Assembly (NCBI RefSeq): GCF_964355755.1
Contig: NC_092670.1
Span: 2,222,201 to 2,286,200, forward strand
Direction of reading: 5' to 3'
DNA length: 64,000 nt
Source: Antedon mediterranea
Taxonomy: Eukaryota; Animalia; Echinodermata
Shown piece after piece: positions 13,831 to 27,870 of this stretch. The notes beneath the pieces are model-generated. The model worked only from the letters and a program-made list of their open reading frames with translations. It ran no database searches and was not told the DNA's origin. Position numbers and translations under genes: made by a program. Within the stretch, counting starts at the first letter, position 1. Every line of letters starts with the position of its first letter.

Positions 13831-16800
13831 TCTGGTTTTAGATATAGTAACAATAACATAATAATAAATGTTAAAATATAAGAAATACCAGTAGTTTATT
13901 ATTTTAGACCACATATTTTTCATCTGATTATATTTTTGCATTTTAGAAGCATTAAAAATATTAGTTAAGTCTATCCTACTGTACCTGATGCATAGTCTGT
14001 CCTATCCACTTGTGGCGGTTGTTGTGGTAGATTTGAAGATGTTGATGGCGCATCTGAAATTACAAAATATATTAATACTCTAATTTATTTGATGACCGTT
14101 CACCTTTGAATTTGTCACACAATGCAGTCTGGTCCAGTATACAAAACAAAAAATGATGAAAACAAGAAAAGAAAAACGTAATAACGAAACTGAAATATAT
14201 ACAAGCAATGGGAGTTTTTTAAATTTGATCTTTTCTCATATATAGAGTTAAAAGTGTCAGATATATATATTGCTATATTTAGAAGAGTGCCTAATTTCTG
14301 GTTTTAGATATAACTATGACAATATCAATAAAATAAATTTTAAAAGAAATAGTTATAATCTTAAACCGATCTTCATCTGATTATTCATCAGATTTTAGAA
14401 GCATTAAAAAATATTACCTACCATACTCTCTTCTCCTATCCGTTTGCAGTGTTGGTGGTGGATTTGTAGATACAATTGGCGGTTCTAAAATGTACAAAAA
14501 TGTTATATTTTGTTTATAAATCAAAAGGCAAATTAGTGTGAAAATGACAATGCTGTATCAGTGGCTGGATCTCAATGGAGATATAAATAAATTAAGCATA
14601 AAGCTAAATCAAAAGTAAAACAGCCAGAAATGTAATGTTCTGTTAAATTATATTATATTTCATTATGAAGTTATTTTGTAGCAAGTTTTTTGTTTTTTAC
14701 TGATGTTCTTTGTTTTGAACAGCCTTGTTTTAGAATACAGTCTACAATAAATTCTAGGCTCTAGAAAGATAATTAAATGGCAGAATAATCAGGGAGTTGA
14801 TTTTTTGGCACTATTAAAAGCTACATGCCTAACTAAATGTACATACCTGATCCTGTATTTCTTGATTTTTCAAGTTCTCCTGCAAATATTTCAACATTTT
14901 AGCTTTGATTTTCATTTATTAAATTTAAAGATTGTCATATAACATTTTTATTATATCATACAAATATCCCATAAATACATGTAATTGATACATTTTCTTT
15001 TTACAATAATAAAATAAAATGCAGAAAGCAAAGCATTAATGTTTAAAAGGGTTTTAATTTTATATGACTATATTCGTTGTGGTTCCTCATTTTATTTGGA
15101 TCCAGAATGAATTAGGTTGAAACAATGTCCATGTGAAAAAAACTGCGAAGACAAAATCACATTTTACTGTATTAAACTTATTGTTTGTAGAGCACTGTCA
15201 TTTACAGTGATACTTACAGACAAATGGTAACTCAAATTTTTTTTGTCGTTGTTGTGTTAGTACTTTTGCCCTAAATTTATGTTTCAGTGGATCACTTCTT
15301 GTTACATGAAATACACATTCCTTCACAATGAATTACCACACTTAAACGGACACATTGTTTACAATACATTGAAACATCTGACTTTTTTTTAATATCTTAC
15401 CATAAAATGATCACTTCAAAGTTTACACACAATTTATTCATTTTTAATTTTTTTCAGTTCTTTATTCAAATTCATAAAATAACACAACATAAAAAATACA
15501 AAGAATGAATTCAGAGTAACACAAAAAAGTAACCAAAGGTCAAACTTATTTCCATTGTGGCCCTTAAGGATAAAAATACCATAAGAATAAACATTTACAA
15601 TAAACAATATTAAAACACATGTAGTAACAATATAAATATAAATTATAATCTTTCAAGCATAACCTCTTTGAGATGTTTATAACCTCTTTGAGGTCCAATC
15701 CAATTGTGGATATTAGGATAAATTGTTACTAGTAATGTATGGCAATGTTATAGTTATATATTATATATATATTATATATAAATATTTTTATAATTAAGCT
15801 TTCTCCTTGGCACCATCCCCACCCCACCCCCTTCTCTGATTGCATTTTTAATTACCTTATTACTAAATTGTTTTCCATTACGATTAGGAGTAAAAAGTTA
15901 TTGATTGATTAGTTCACACCGGAAGCATTTTGTTAAATAATGGTTAGAATTGAACAGTGCCGGCTTCCATTGTGTGAGACTGAAAATGGAGTTTTAATGT
16001 GAATGTTCATTGTTTAGTTTATAAGAATTATAATTCACATGTTTTCATTGTTCAGTATAGATATTCTATAGACATATGTAGAATTATGAACATTATTTAA
16101 GCTTGTGTCAAATTGCAATAGTGTAACATATAAACACACTGTACGCTAGTTAGGCTGGCGTTGTCTGCTGGTTGAATTAGTTGTTTTTCTTTTTATACCT
16201 AAATTTAAAAGTCAAAGATTCAGGATGTCGACCATACCCACTTTTTACCCCAATTTTTAAATAAACATCATAGGTCAATTTTATAAGCGTTATTCTCAAA
16301 TTGGATTTTAGGTTAGAGTATAACAAATAATTAATTTTATATAAGCTTTAAATAAATAATCAACTATATTTTTGTGCAATAGGATCTTACAATAGACTAT
16401 TTTTGTTTTTTTTGTAATATTATTTTTATATGGTTTTTGTTGCTGCTCAATATTGTCTTGATTTTCCTGGTTCTGCCCATAATGTTTTAATGTTATATAT
16501 TTTAGTATGTACACACAATGCTTTCAGCTTTTGCTGCTTTTTGTATTACATTTTTATACTGTAATAAATAAATACATTTTTTTTAGTAGAATCCATTAAT
16601 AAAAATTGGGGAAAACCCTGTATTTTTGCATAAAATGCAGTTTGTGACCTTCAGTTAGATCAAAATAATGTATACCAATGCCATTAAATAAGTGCAATAT
16701 TTAACCCTAACCCTAACACAATGTTGAATTACAGAATATTCATTTTTTGGAAAAAAAGAAACAAGCATACTTTCTGTATTGCTTGATGATCCAGCTCCAC

Positions 16801-17519
16801 TTCTTGATTGTTCACCTAAAAAGAAAGTATTTTAGTACAGTATTACAACATCCATGTTATTGATTACTATCCATTTCGATAATTTTTTTCCCTCAAACCA
16901 TTCTATACTACAGAACTATATCATTTATTTCTGCTGTGAATGAGCTAATTATACTGCTTTGGTTTACCTTTTAGTGTTGTCAATGCCTCGACTTCTTTCG
17001 TCATCTTCTTATCTGTAAGCAGTTCAATGAATTTGTCCATCTCATTTCCTTCTGCAAGTGTGCCTTTCATTTCTAATTTTAAGATTAACCAAAACGGATC
17101 CGTTTTGTCACTGACTTTAATGCCTTTAAGGTGGCCAATTCTGAAAATGTTGTCTGTATTCAATTTCTGACCAAACGCTATCAATTTTCTTCGATGCTCT
17201 GAAAAATGTTTGAATGGAATGCATTTGAAGTTTGGTAATTTCACAGTTTTCGCAATCACATCTTGAACACCCTGAAGTCCGCATATATTAGTGGCTTCAA
17301 CAAGAATACCAATGTCTGCTGGTTTGAGAAGTCCAGATCCCTTAAGTAGACCAAGCAGATCATAGGGTGTATTTCCACTCTCTATTTTGTTCAAAGTAAT
17401 GGTTGTATCACGATACGTGAACTCGCTTAGTAACACTCTCAGCATGTCAATGTTTCCATGTTCCTTCCACCAGTCTGATACCTCTGTGAGCAGTTCATTG
17501 TAATCGTCCTCTTTCAATT
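13230..17519 (-). CDS. Four-DED protein unit: tandem DED pair - Ser/Pro-rich linker - tandem DED pair (separate gene, or distal exons of the Roco gene)
   Basis: Phase-1 exons: 17519-16968 (ELKEDDYNELLTEVSDWW...FSEHRRKLIAFGQKL...LILKLEMKG), 16815-16771, 14879-14847, 14484-14422, 14053-13985, 13792-13230 (ELSDLEFNDLLTRVSNW...FSVHRRKLLQFS...LILKLEIRG, TAG). All AG/GT bounded and in frame; helical pattern resembles caspase-8/FLIP-type tandem DEDs. Candidate start exons: 18119-18110 (caacATGG, MEA) or 21168-21120 (aaaATGGCG). Confidence 0.8.
15218..15335 (-). pseudogene. Relic of the UPA C-terminal exon (paralog of 46715-46904)
   Basis: Reads FIVKECVFHVTRSDPLKHKFRAKVLTQQRQKKFELPFV then GTAAGT, versus FIVTRKN...QEFSTKILTLQKPNERHELPFV then GTAAGT; an in-frame TAA lies just upstream. 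Confidence 0.75.
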
Positions 17520-18633
17520 CTAATAATTAAATAACGTAATTAAGTTTTTTAAGCTTTAAAAAGTAAAAACTGATACTCTTTGTGTTTTGTAGGCCGATGT
17601 AATTGTTTTCTACTAAGAATTCAATATCTGAATAAATAAATATTTTACGATGCCTATCTAATCTCTAATTTTCATAATTCTCTTAACCTCATTTCCTTTC
17701 AGTTGTAAACCATGCATTAATTTAATAAGCAAAAATATGTTTACATGACTTCTGAACCTCTCATTTGTGACTTACATTTACTCTGTATTTTTAATTGTAC
17801 AAATAATAAGGCACACCCAGATGTTTGAGGAATTTCTTACAGTTTATACTTGGATGTATGTGGCTGAGAGAGATCACACCAGGTTGGATCGTTATCTTTA
17901 AAAGCAGACCTCTGGTAATAACACTTTTTCAAAATTTGGAACAGTATTATGGAATGTTCTCACCTCTAAAATCCAGGAACAAACCTCTGTTAATTTAGCA
18001 AAGCCCTTAAAACGCATCTGTTTGCTAATAAGTAACTCTATTGCTATAATTGAAATAATAATAATGAAAAAAATCACTTAAAATTTGAAAAAAAGAAAGT
18101 GATTTTCACCTGCTTCCATGTTGCAAATTCAATTTTCTATCTTCATTTCTGAAAAGTGAATGGATTGTGTTTAATGTATTTGTTTATTTATCTACACTAA
18201 ACAAATAAAAATGCTACATAAACCTCTAGTTCGACAGTGCATCACACGCACTACTATCGCACCATACGATTTACCTTGCAGTGATTTATCAACTAACATA
18301 TATGGTTATAGCGGCCTCTAAAATATAATTTTAACCATGAGACCTTTACTTAGAAAGAATCTGTAAAGTCCTAGCTGTCAGTCCATCTCCGAAAATAACT
18401 GTGTTTGATTTATTTCAATAATGAAATATAAATTTACACTGTGGGCTACTGATTTTTATATTCTTCTACCTATTTAGCAGGTTTTTTATACAACGGGTTA
18501 CTACCAAATTTAAATTTATTATGATATCCAATCCTATATTTTTTTATATTTTGATAAATATATAAAATAAAGATAATGCAATAAAGATGATTATGTATAA
18601 TAAAGTAAAAGTTTTTCTCTGATATGACAAATT

Positions 18634-21122
18634 TTGAATTACAGCGTAAAATGGCTTGCCTTACTTTGTATTGAATTACAGCGTAAAATGGCTTGCCTTA
18701 CTTTGTATTGAATTACAGCGTAAAATGGCTTGCCTTACTTTGTATTGAATTACAGCGTAAAATGGCTGCCTTACGTTGTATTGAATTACAGCGTAAAATG
18801 GCTGCCTTACTTTGTATTGAATTACAGCGTAAAATGGCTTGCCTTACTTTGTATTGAATTACAGCGTAAAATGGCTTGCCTTACTTTGTATTGAATTACA
18901 GCGTAAAATGGCTTGCCTTACTTTGTATTGAATTACAGCGTAAAATGGCTTGCCTTACTTTGTATTGAATTACAGCGTAAAATGGCTTGCCTTACTTTGT
19001 ATTGAATTACAGCGTAAAATGGCTTGCCTTACTTTGTATTGAATTACAGCGTAAAATGGCTTGCCTTACTTTGTATTGAATTACAGCGTAAAATGGCTTG
19101 CCTTACTTTGTATTGAATTACAGCGTAAAATGGCTTGCCTTACTTTGTATTGAATTACAGCGTAAAATGGCTTGCCTTACTTTGTATTGAATTACAGCGT
19201 AAAATGGCTTGCCTTACTTTGTATTGAATTACAGCGTAAAATGGCTTGCCTTACTTTGTATTGAATTACAGCGTAAAATGGCTTGCCTTACTTTGTATTG
19301 AATTACAGCGTAAAATGGCTTGCCTTACTTTGTATTGAATTACAGCGTAAAATGGCTTGCCTTACTTTGTATTGAATTACAGCGTAAAATGGCTTGCCTT
19401 ACTTTGTATTGAATTACAGCGTAAAATGGCTTGCCTTACTTTGTATTGAATTACAGCGTAAAATGGCTTGCCTTACTTTGTATTGAATTACAGCGTAAAA
19501 TGGCTTGCCTTACTTTGTATTGAATTACAGCGTAAAATGGCTTGCCTTACTTTGTATTGAATTACAGCGTAAAATGGCTTGCCTTACTTTGTATTGAATT
19601 ACAGCGTAAAATGGCTTGCCTTACTTTGTATTGAATTACAGCGTAAAATGGCTTGCCTTACTTTGTATTGAATTACAGCGTAAAATGGCTTGCCTTACTT
19701 TGTATTGAATTACAGCGTAAAATGGCTTGCCTTACTTTGTATTGAATTACAGCGTAAAATGGCTTGCCTTACTTTGTATTGAATTACAGCGTAAAATGGC
19801 TTGCCTTACTTTGTATTGAATTACAGCGTAAAATGGCTTGCCTTACTTTGTATTGAATTACAGCGTAAAATGGCTTGCCTTACTTTGTATTGAATTACAG
19901 CGTAAAATGGCTTGCCTTACTTTGTATTGAATTACAGCGTAAAATGGCTTGCCTTACTTTGTATTGAATTACAGCGTAAAATGGCTTGCCTTACTTTGTA
20001 TTGAATTACAGCGTAAAATGGCTTGCCTTACTTTGTATTGAATTACAGCGTAAAATGGCTTGCCTTACTTTGTATTGAATTACAGCGTAAAATGGCTTGC
20101 CTTACTTTGTATTGAATTACAGCGTAAAATGGCTTGCCTTACTTTGTATTGAATTACAGCGTAAAATGGCTGCCTTACTTTGTATTGAATTACAGCGTAA
20201 AATGGCTTAAAATGGCTTGCCTTACTTTGTATTGAATTACAGCGTAAAATGGCTTGCCTTACTTTGTATTGAATTACAGCGTAAAATGGCTTGCCTTACT
20301 TTGTATTGAATTACAGCGTAAAATGGCTTGCCTTACTTTGTATTGAATTACAGAGTAAAATGGCTTGCCTTACTTTGTATTGAATTACAGCGTAAAATGG
20401 CTTGCCTTACTTTGTATTGAATTACAGCGTAAAATGGCTTGCCTTACTTTGTATTGAATTACAGCGTAAAATGGCTTGCCTTACTTTGTATTGAATTACA
20501 GCGTAAAATGGCTTGCCTTACTTTGTATTGAATTACAGCGTAAAATGGCTTGCCTTACTTTGTATTGAATTACAGCGTAAAATGGCTTGCCTTACTTTGT
20601 ATTGAATTACAGCGTAAAATGGCTTGCCTTACTTTGTATTGAATTACAGCGTAAAATGGCTTGCCTTACTTTGTATTGAATTACAGCGTAAAATGGCTTG
20701 CCTTACTTTGTATTGAATTACAGCGTAAAATGGCTGCCTTACTTTGTATTGAATTACAGCGTAAAATGGCTTAAAATGGCTTGCCTTACTTTGTATTGAA
20801 TTACAGAGTAAAATGGCTTGCCTTACTTTGTATTGAATTACAGCGTAAAATGGCTTGCCTTACTTTGTATTGAATTACAGCGTAAAATGGCTTGCCTTAC
20901 TTTGTATTGAATTACAGCGTAAAATGGCTTGCCTTACTTTGTATTGAATTACAGCGTAAAATGGCTGCCTTACTTTGTATTGAATTACAGAGTAAAATGG
21001 CTTGCCTTACTTTGTATTGAATTACAGCGTAAAATGGCTGCCTTACTTTGTGTTGAATTACAGCGTAAAATGGCTTGCCTTACTTTGTATTGAATTACAG
21101 CGTAAAATGGCTGCCTTACTTT
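18634..21122. repeat. 37-bp minisatellite, about 67 near-identical copies
   Basis: Unit ttgaattacagcgtaaaatggcttgccttactttgta (period 37, e.g. gaatt at 18636, 18673, 18710); occasional 36-bp variants (ggctgcc) and gcg>gag variants; no spacers. Confidence 0.98.
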
Positions 21123-21709
21123 TTTCGGAGTTTATCATCATAATAATATAAGAAGTATGTGACGCCATTTTTTTTACAATAATATGGTAACATTTATAAT
21201 GGCATTTGGAATAAAAAATGATTTTTCCCGAATTCAGGTAATGTTAGATTTCAAAACAAATGGATGATTCATTCTTTCACATTATTGATTGTTTCCAATT
21301 TTATACAAATGGATGATAACTTAATCAAATTGTTCTCTTTTACCACTGTATATACAGTAGGTAATTTGTATAATTCCCTATGTTTTTTTAGGGCTATAAA
21401 CTAGATTTATTAGTTTTCTCTAGCAGTCTCAAAGTATAAGATTGGCTTGGTCTTTGCATTAGGCCTAGGTTCTATTTATAAGAAAAATAGTGCTATTCAG
21501 AAACCAACCATTATTCATATTACATATTGATTCTCAGGTATCTTACATTTTGAGAATTTTTTCATGCAATGTTGCTGATAGTATTCGAAAATCGACTTGT
21601 TGTGCTTGCCATCTTCGCATCTAAGTTAAAGCACTGCCTTTTTTAATGGCTTCCCAGCCTAGCAATTTGTCAATGATTACGATAAATACATTGAATAAAA
21701 GTAGGTTAC

Positions 21710-21880
21710 AAAACAAATAATGAATGTTGTGTATTCTTTGAATGGAAAGAATATTTCATTTGATAAAAAGTTGACTGCTCTATTTTCAATTTGGCCGCCT
21801 TGTTAAAAATAGAGCAGTCAATTTTTCAACTCATGAAATATTCTCACCATCATCATAAACATCACTACTATTTGTATAAT
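21710..21880. mobile_element. Palindromic MITE-like element
   Basis: Inverted arms gaatatttcat...aaaaagttgactgctctatttt / aaaatagagcagtcaattttt...atgaaatattc. Confidence 0.55.
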
Positions 21881-24800
21881 ATACAAATTCCAAGGGGAAT
21901 GCCACAAAATAACATACATAATATTTCGAGGCAGTGCTACAACTTTGGATGCAGAGTAAAACAGTTATAGACAGCACGCACTACAGGTTGATTTTTTAAT
22001 GTGGATAAGTCAACAACCTTGTGTGGCAAACATTCCAAAATATGTTCTAACAAGAAATATTTCTTACAAAAAACGCTGCTCGACTTTTTGATTTTATTAT
22101 GGTTTTTCATTAAATGATGCAATTTTGTTATTGATACTCTATTAAATAATTTAAGGAATAAGGATTTATTATATAGTTTAACAATCTTCATTAAATGATG
22201 CTATTTGTTATTGATACTCTATTAAATAATTTAAGGAATAATGATTTATTATATAGTTTAACATAAACATTTTGTGTAAAGTAAAATATAATCAACAAAC
22301 AACATTTAATGTAAAAATAAATACTATATGGTCCTATTTTCATCTTTAAATGGTTAAAAATGTGGAAAACCGATTTCAATAATTGAAGTGGCTCGCTATA
22401 AATCCCCACATGCACAAATATCGAGCTTGAGCTAGTTATCCTCACATATCCGACCGCCCTAATAAATTTGTTTATAGATTACAATTGACTTGTACTTTTA
22501 ACATTGCGTAATTCTTTCTATACAATTAACAAAAGATTTTAAATATTTACAAAAACAGATTAATATGGTTGCTAATATGAACAATTAAAACTAATAAATT
22601 TGATATATGACAATATAAAACAAATTGCCGATGAGGCAAGCCATTATGATTGTATAGTATATATTTTATTAAATTCTGATTTCCTGAAAATGAACATATA
22701 AAGTTTGAAATATTGAATCATAATCACATTGGTCTTGCATTAGTTTGTATTTATAAAAAAATAGTGCAAACAAGTATTTTTTGAGTAATAAAAAGAGATC
22801 CATATATAAATGTCCCCAAGCTAGCTAAATCATAATTTTATTTCTAAAAATAAATTTTTTGTTTGCCTATGTTTGTTTATTTATAATGTAACAAATAACA
22901 TAAAAGTTCTTGAATAAATAAATAAATGTAAATAGATTTCTTTATAACCAAATGCTTGATCAAAAACTAAACTAAATTGTATATTTGAAAACTGTTTACA
23001 AAACAAAATAACAATTAGTAACTAACCTTAATTTCTTTGTGATAATCTACCAGTTGTTCATTCTGTAACCTACTATACAGTGAGATTCAGGTGTGGCCAA
23101 TAAAACAGTAATACTAACATTAACACAAAGTTCAGTGTGATGATGCTTGAAAACTGCAACATGAACTTTGTTATTGATAGAACTGGCCAATGGACCTGAC
23201 GATTATTACCAAGTATGAAACGCCACAAAAGTATTAATTTAGAATATAATCCGCTACTGAACTTTGGTTCATCAAAAGAAAACAGATTGGATTATTAAAT
23301 GTTTTATTGGCAAGTAAAAAAAAACACTCATGCAAAAATACATTATATTTACCAATCTTTTATTAAACATACATTTTAAAATTACACTTGAAATTTTTCA
23401 ATCATCCAGATTTATTAAATAGTTGATTGGCTTAAATCCTACTGATAATGGCGATTCTAATTTTCAGAGAGAAGTCAGGAATCCAATGCCGCTGATTCTT
23501 TCTGTTATTTAAAAGAAATTTATTATATTCCCATCAATATTATGTATAGCCTGTTGTGTGTATCTCAACGGTTTTTCTTTCTAAAAAAGCAATTATTTAA
23601 TGAATTACAAACATTCATATTTTGTTGATATCTTGACAACCATTATAATATAAATTATGGAAATACAAGGAGCATCATTTAAGTTCAGTGCTTGAATGTA
23701 TGGTTGAGTAATTGTGTATGAAGTCACGCTATAATTATATTATGCCATAGATAAACACAAGAAACCAGCACAAATAATATTCTGTACAATGTCGCAATAA
23801 AAGTGTATCTTGTATTTACCTTTGATTTCATACTAACCTCTTCTTCTTTTGTGTTTGAGTTGTGTATCTCATGTTTATATTATCTTTTATCTCTCCTCAG
23901 GTGTCATCAGGAGATATGGCTGTTATTTGTGTAGCAATTATTTACGAATTACTTCCCTCAACTTACCTTTGATTATACAATATTTTCCTCAAATGACTTT
24001 GTATTTGAGTAGGTTATCTCATGTCAATATTATGTCATTATCTCTCTCACCATCAATCAATCAATCGTTTGATTTATATAGCGCCATTCGAACAGTCATT
24101 GCTCATGTGACACATGAGGATAAGAGACTTTGGATAGTTGCTTGGTTACACTTATTTTTCACTGTACAATTTAATGCTTTTATGAGTACAATTTAGCTTT
24201 GATATACCATAGTAAAATCAAATGACTTGTGTGTATTTGAGTAGCATAGCAAGTACAGAAATATATTTGCTATTTATTTAGGGCCAACATTATGTGTTAC
24301 GTTAAACAACTCTCACTTCCTTCTCTCAACTCTATACATTTTTCCCGAACTATTTAACTTTTTGTTTTTCAACCTATCCCACAAATTGAGCTGTCTAATT
24401 TAAGTGTCATTCAATAGTTATCAGTAGTATAATCTTTATTTCTAAATTTGAATTATACTATTGTATTACCTCAAAAGGCTTTTTCTGTATTTTCTTTGGT
24501 AAAAAACTGAGTGTCCTCTCTTAGCCCATCCTCGTGCATTTCCTGGTAATTTTGGTATAGTTCACGAATACTATGATACGTTTTATTTACGTTTGCGCAT
24601 TTAAAGTGTGATTAGTTAAGGACAAATTTTATTTTTTATTTTATTTTTAAAACCCGAAACAACCGCAGAAACAAATCCGCCACTTACAGCATGGTTTAAC
24701 AGATACAAAGACAATTCCAACAACTCAGAAACACTTAAATTACGACAAAACAGATAAAGATTGGAATTAAAATGTCGATGGGGATGGGCCTGGACTAAAC

Positions 24801-26395
24801 TATTATAAGATCTTTAAGAACATTGACTCTAAAGGGAACACAAAGGATATTGTTATTTCTTAAATTACGGGCGGGAACACGAATACCAAAATTGGAGATA
24901 AAGTTGCAGTCAAAAATAGAATTTATTTATGATTTATTTAGTCATCAATTACATCATAATTGCAACTGATAACAAGGATCCTGCATAAAAAGACATTTAA
25001 AAAGAAAAATAAGATCATGGTGACATCTTCGTAATGAAGGGGGAGATATGGGATATATATTTTTTTCATCGTCACAATTATAAAGATCGTTACATTTATA
25101 AAGGTTATTCTGATTGTGGCTGATGTAGCGCCAAAATCTAGAGTAGAGTCGGTCAATACGTGAGGCTAAATTATTATGACTTATGAATTATTAAGACTGG
25201 TGGAGGGATGACACTAATAATACTACAATGTACCTTTTGAACTACAGGGCTGGGTGTAGGAAATTACCATTTTCAGCTCGGAGAATTTGTTTGAATAAAT
25301 ATATTAAATATTTTTAGTTACATTGTTCAGTTACTTTTACTTTCTTATTTCAACATTTTTTGTTTCTGGATCGCACCGCATTTTGTAAGTGTCACGGATT
25401 CAAAAGTGTGATATAATGTTGTCAACACATAAATAATTCTGATACTTAAGTAAGACTGCCTTCGGCATTTCCCAAAAGATGTTTACTGCCATTTTTTCAT
25501 AGAGACTAATACGGAATTGAGAAATTGTGGAATTTACATATGGTGAGGTGCCGCACTTACGCAGATGTTTCCAAAGACCACTGTAGCAAGTGTGGGAAAT
25601 GACTGGGATTAGTAGTATCTGTCCAGTGTCAAAATGTCACGATTTATTAGGATTTATCGCACAATTTTAAAAGAGATTTTTTAGTTATACTATATATACT
25701 GGATGAAACTCCGCAACTCGGGACGAAACCGTGTACTTGCGTGTTCACTGTGTAAATAGTCCCGCATATTGGTTGATATCCTCGCTCACTCATAGTATTT
25801 TGTTTACATACAATTAAAATAAGACTGATTTTGTTTATTCGCTTATTTAATATACAATGTATGGTTATTTGTTATTCATTTTGATTTCAAGAAATATTAT
25901 TCTTCACGAGTAGACAACATTTTTGTGTGTATTGCCATAAAACAAAATTGTAGGAGGTATAATGAGCAGACCGTTACTAGGGTGTCACTTCATGCATCAG
26001 AGGGTGATATTTTGATTAACCTAGTACTGTACATTTACAAGGGTTGGTATTTTGCAGTGTAAAATACTGTCAACCTATGTCATTCCCGGGTTAATGAATC
26101 GCGTGTGAAATGGAAATTTATCTTGACACGACACAGGTTTGTTCTAAGCTAGGCATTGTAAAAGAGGTATTAGTGATTTGAAAAATCACAAGCGATGGAA
26201 AATCAAACTGTCGCTTGTCATTGATTAACTGGCTGGTGTTGCATCTACTTTCTTACATTGCGTCTCTAGTGAGAACAAGTTTATTCAAATCAATTGTTAT
26301 TGTGACCGGTATGCCAAATTAACATGGTTAAAAACAGATTAAAAAGAAATGTCAGGAACAAAGTAGCAAAACACATTAATATAAAAATACATTAT

Positions 26396-27870
26396 AACTA
26401 GATTTGAACTCGTCACTTTGACGAGTTCGGGTTATCCGCGCAAACGCAACATGCACATACTTTAAACTATATGAACTTCGACAATTATTATGCCATCCTT
26501 TGACATGAATTAAAAATGTTTACAGTGCTGAATTGTACCTATTTTGTAGCATACAGCATATTACAGTATTTACAGAATAAACTGTATATGTTATATACAG
26601 TGTAGCATAGACGAAATAACGAGACCCATCTTTTAAATCCAATTATTAACACGATGACGTCATCAAATTGACATAAAAGATAACAATTTTAGAAGATAAT
26701 TATCTAAATAATTACATTATTACAAATATGAAGTATTTTGGGCACTTAAAAGTGAGATGCGCTCTCGTTTAAACGTGCTGAACTATGACGCAAAATATGA
26801 AAATACGACTTTTGTTATTCAACTGGCCATATAATGACGTCAAAACATTTGATTGGCAAAATATTGACATGAATTCGTATCTACAATCCAATAGCTTCTA
26901 GAAAACGTTTTATTCATGATTATTTCTTTTTATTCTGACGAGCTATAACAGATTGAAATTTACTGTAAAGATGAAATAAGGTTACCCACGTTATTTACAT
27001 TTTTAGACATGATGACGTCATAAAAATTAAAATATTTTTAACTCATGCGAAAGATAGTTGATTGACCTAGACAGTATTAAAATATCTGAGGAAATGGAAT
27101 ACGTATAAGCGAGATGCGCTCTATTTAATGTGATTAGCAATAACGAAAGAGTAAAAAATCCTATATTTTACATTCGTGTGGCCATACGATGACGTCATAA
27201 CATCCAAGGGGTAAAGATTCTGCATGAATTCATATCTACAATTTATCTTCTTGCATAATAAGTTAAAAAAATTGGGGGTCACCTTTGATCCTGAAGAGCT
27301 ATAATAGATTCAAAATAGGCATTATTTTGACAATATTTTGTAACTTTTTCAACTAAAACGCGCGCAAATGGTCCAAATCAACGTGCTCGTATGACGTGAT
27401 TTTAATAATTTTTTTCGCGCGCGTGGGAAATTTTGACATGCTCAAAATGTCATGATCAGCGTAGAAAGTTGATTAGAAATTAATTTTGCGCATTTTGAAA
27501 CTTTAAATGCGCGTGCGCGCGTAACTTCTTGTAAAACATGCCATTTTTAATCCATAGAAAGATTGCCCTTGATATAACTTAAATTTTCACTAAGTGTCAA
27601 TTCAAAATGACTTTTATTTTTTATCCTATGATCAATCATTGAAATTCATAAAATCGCGCGTAAGTCACGTTGCGCAACTCTGACGTCATTCAAAATATGG
27701 AGGTGCACAACTTCAGGTAAATGTCCATATAATGACAAAGTTATACAAAAGTTATATTCATAAGCTATAGGGGATATGCTGCTCACAAAATCAGGGAAAG
27801 AAAGAAGAACAAAGAAGAAAGATATTTACAATCACATGGGTTATCCTGCAACTAAGTTGCGGATAACCAA
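26396..27870 (-). mobile_element. Helentron-associated non-autonomous element (HINE / DINE-1-like)
   Basis: On the - strand: 5' ttggttatccgcaac...gcaggataaccc inverted repeat then a TTC-rich tract; 3' gcggataacc sub-TIR, hairpin gaactcgtca-aag-tgacgagttc, end aaatctagtt. Absent from the paralogous site near 12103. Confidence 0.85.

Noticed and set aside
18634-21122. CRISPR array (37-bp repeats)
   Set aside because: Units are head-to-tail with no unique spacers, there are no cas genes, and the context is a spliced eukaryotic locus.
22110-22265. About 82-bp direct duplication
   Set aside because: Simple local tandem duplication in AT-rich DNA with no further structure.
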